Shown here: piece by piece, positions 60,831 through 64,000 of the stretch | Layout: each line of letters starts with the position of its first letter | Position numbering within the stretch: the first letter of the stretch is position 1 | Assembly: GCF_018977255.1 (NCBI RefSeq) | Contig: NW_024704742.1 | Span: 27,778,001-27,842,000 of the forward strand | DNA: 64,000 bases | Direction: 5' to 3' | Origin: Callorhinchus milii | Lineage: Eukaryota | Notes under the pieces: generated by a model | Databases searched by the model: none | What the model was told of the DNA's origin: nothing | What the model saw: only the letters and a program-made list of their open reading frames with translations | Made by a program: the position numbers and the translations under genes

Positions 60831-60940
60831 AGTCAGTTGGATGTCTGACAAATGTGGAAACCCATCACCATGCTTGAGTATCAAAACCAGATTCAAAGTT
60901 CCACATATGCATGCCACCTACACATGAAAATTTCCTTGTA
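60831..60940 (+). repeat. Family X copy 6
   Basis: 'tgtctgacaaatgtggaaacccatcaccatgcttgagtatcaaaaccagattcaaagttcca...cacctacacatgaaaatttcc'. Confidence 0.7.
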
Positions 60941-61171
60941 AATTAGAACAAATTCAAAAGGTTTAAAATAACTGGAATGATACCAAGGAGAAAATCTTAG
61001 TTCTCCTAAATACATTGCATTCTTTAATTATCACTGGGATAATTCTTCAGGAGAACGGATTCTCCCTCAGGCTTCCCACAGTTAATTTTGCTGCAGTAGT
61101 GGGTGTTTTATGTTAAGCAAGAGAAATGTTTTTGCTTTCCAGCCACTGGAACAACATTTTCACTGCATATG

Positions 61172-61530
61172 TTAATAATCCTCAGTTTTGATACAGTGCC
61201 TTTTCACAGATTTTACTTTAAAAATGTAGTGACTATGTATTTGTGGATGAACACAGCTGCTAATGTGTGCACAGCAGTATCCTACAAATAATAATGAAGT
61301 CACTAATAACTATTACCTGGGAGATTGTTGCTCAGGACGCCAGGAGAAACTCCTTTCTTTTTTGAATAGTGTCATGGGATCTTTAACATCCAATTTGTTA
61401 GGCAGCCAATTTTAGACAATGTTATGTTTAACATTTTATCTGAAGCATGGCACTTCTGATAATGCAGTGTACCCCCAGCACTGCCTTGGAGTGTCAGTCT
61501 AGACTGTGAATTCTAAGTCTCAGGTGGGGC
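61172..61530 (-). mobile_element. SINE family B
   Basis: 'ggacgccaggagaaactcctttctttttgaatagtgtcatgggatctttaacatcc...ccagcactgccttggagtgtcagtctag' is the reverse complement of the Deu-like body. Confidence 0.8.
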
Positions 61531-62204
61531 CATAGAAACATAGAAATCTGCAGCACAGAAGGAGGTTATTCGGCTCATTGAGTCTGCACCAGCTCACAGT
61601 GCAAGAAGATCAATTCAATCCCACCACCCGCCTTATTCTCGTACTACTCAAGCCTCTTTCATTCATAGACCTGTCTACTCTCCTTTTGAAAGCTACATTG
61701 AACTCCCAACAACATTCTCCCACAAATTACATAGGTATGTCAGTTTATAGTGCATCCTGTGAGGCACTTAAATGTCTTGACGACATGGTAAGGCGCTATA
61801 TCACATGCAAGGAATATTATTTATTATAGCTTGTTCAGAATGAGTAATAGCCAGGGCCAATAGAAAATGCAGAAATATTTGTCAGAAATTGTGGGGAGAG
61901 ATTTAACAAATCTTGCGGGAAATTGCAGGGGCTTGGTTGCTGCTATTGAGGTACATTTTACTGCCAACTTACATTTTTTTCACTTCATTGATGATATCTA
62001 AACATGAAGAAAGCACACATATTATTAGATTGTTGCAAAAATGAATGCTTTCTTTAAACAAAAAACTGTGTCCCACACGGGCAACACCAGCGCAGGACCA
62101 AACAGAATGGCCCGTTTCCACCCCTCACAACATTTGAAGGCCTGGAGATCCGCCAAACCCCAGAATTGCTCACCAGTGTCCTGACTGTGTCTTGGAGCCT
62201 GGCA

Positions 62205-62465
62205 CCACACACAGAGACACACAGATAGAGAAACACACACACTCAGACACAGAAACGCACACGTATATTCACAGGCAGAGAATAGTGTCATGGGAATAGT
62301 GTCACACACATGCACAGAGAGACACAGACACAGTCAGACACAGAAACACACACTCACACATTACAGACAGGAGAGAGACACAGGTACATTCACACAGACA
62401 TTCATAAGCACATACATATATAGAGGAGAGACACAGACACACTCACACAGAAACGAACACACACT
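62205..62465. repeat. CA/GA-rich low-complexity tract
   Basis: Degenerate acac/agac repeats. Confidence 0.9.
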
Positions 62466-63032
62466 GTTTTATCAGAAGGTCCTCCGAGACAGAATTTCAC
62501 TTTACATGAAGTAAAATAAGTGGTGATGAGAATGAGTTGCTTTGTAACATTTTGAAAGGTTTTAATACAAATGTAATAATTAAAGAATAGAAGCAAGTAC
62601 AAGTAAACATGCTGTTTTTACCATTTGGAGCCAAGCCTGTCCCCAAGGATCTCATATATTCTTTCTTTTATTTAAATCTTTGATATGCAAAATGATTCTT
62701 CCTTCTCCCTGTCTGTCTGTCTCCCTGTAATAACTTTCAGATGACAAAGCTATGGACAAGGGCTTTGCATTCCCCAATGCCTGGGGAAAATCTTCACAGT
62801 TGAATGATTGAGAACAGTATCACAGACCTGCAGGAGCAGACTCACAGCTCAACCAGCATGTGGCCTGAGCAAAGTGGCAACATGCACTACTAGTATGGCA
62901 GATATTTACTTTGCTGCTGTCTCCAGAGATGACAGAAAAAAACACTTTTCCGGTTGGGATTTAGTCACTGCAGAAGTAGCTGTGTATCTTTGGCTGTTGA
63001 GTTTATAGCACAGTCTTGGGGGCAGTCAGCCA

Positions 63033-63372
63033 TAATAATAATAAATATTAATCCTTTCAACTGATATAGCAACTTTCACATCTGGAGATATACTTGATGC
63101 AAAAGACGCTATATAGGTTCAACTTGTTGTTATTTTGCACAATATAGTGACTGTAATTTATTTTGTGGTGAATGCCAATTTGTGCACAGTGGTGTCTCAT
63201 GTCAGGAAGTGAGTGACCAATTTTTAATTGGTGGATTGTTGGCGAGCACATCGGGAGAAACTCCCTTCTGTTTTCGAATAGTACTCTGGGATCTTTAACA
63301 TCGCCTGATGTAGGACTTGAAACAACAACGTTCTGACTCAAAGGCGAGAGTTCTACCAACTGAGCCAGCCAA
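63033..63372 (-). mobile_element. SINE family B with intact tRNA-like head and an internal deletion
   Basis: Reverse-complement head 'ggctcagttggtagaactctcgcctttgagtcagaacgttgttgtttcaagtcc' joined directly to 'gatgttaaagatcccagagtactattcgaaaacagaagggagtttctccc'. Confidence 0.8.
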
Positions 63373-64000
63373 GCTGACACCATAGTACTTATTAATCAGA
63401 GTAAAACAGAAAGATATGTTTGGTAATAGAACGAAGGCACCATGTTGAGTACTTTACACACATTTTACACATAATTCACCTTGATTGGATTATGATGGAG
63501 TTTTGTACTTGAGCAATTCCTCGATTTTAACCTTGAACAAAAGTCCTCAATCTGGTGAATCTCTTCCTTTAATGCATCCATTCTGACTAGCTGGGAGTGA
63601 CTGAGCAGAATCATTCCTTGCACTTTGATCTGTACTCACTCCAAGTGCTGAGTTTTCCAGAAATATTCTTTATTTTTTAACAAAGAAGGGAATTATTTCA
63701 AATTATTGCATTGATGGATGGAAAGAAAAGTAAATAATTCAGCTCCCAGGACGCGGATAAGAGACAGAAAGATGTGGGTGATAAAAGCTTGTTATCTAGA
63801 TCTCCACAAGTTGAGTTTACCAAGGTTTGTGTTTCCTTTTTTTGATATTTAGATAGTTTGCATATTTAAATGAGGCATGTTCTATACAGGGTGTTTGCAT
63901 ACATTTTACACAGCCGTATAAGTTATGATGTATATAGGTTATATTGTATTCTTAAGGCTTGATTTATCTTCTCAGGCAGCAAAGTAGACTGTAGCTTATC

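Noticed and set aside
1..64000. CRISPR arrays, operons, rRNA genes, intact transposase/RT genes or endogenous viral ORFs
   Set aside because: No regularly spaced repeat-spacer array and no long ORF other than the FH1 exon and its shadows; the sequence is eukaryotic and intron-like.

Overview
This is AT-rich, repeat-dense vertebrate genomic DNA. The SINE/LINE content (a DeuSINE/SacSINE1-like family, a tRNA-derived SINE with an L2-type tail, many L2 and CR1 remnants) suggests a cartilaginous fish, possibly a chimaera or elephant shark; that assignment is inference. Only one protein-coding feature is well supported: a very large internal exon on the + strand at 31081-33177 (2097 nt, 699 codons, phase 0-0, canonical AG/GT). 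It encodes the end of a coiled coil (IAKLTEDLQ), a greatly extended proline-rich FH1 region and the first residues of a formin FH2 domain (PKKEYKPVVPLKRANWSQ), most like Diaphanous-related formin DIAPH1. I could not recognise any neighbouring DIAPH exon in the ~31 kb on either side, so the rest of the window is probably intron. Nearly all other ORFs in the track are repeat-derived or chance. The main points of interest are the expanded FH1 exon and its internal 33-bp repeat; inverted SINEs flanking a stop-free, frame-preserving exon (a circRNA hypothesis); a modular SINE with two subfamilies and several nested insertions; and an unidentified ~150-bp dispersed repeat. I found no firm evidence of a wholly new biological system. 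Repeat boundaries are by eye and approximate, and family names are from memory, not from a database search.
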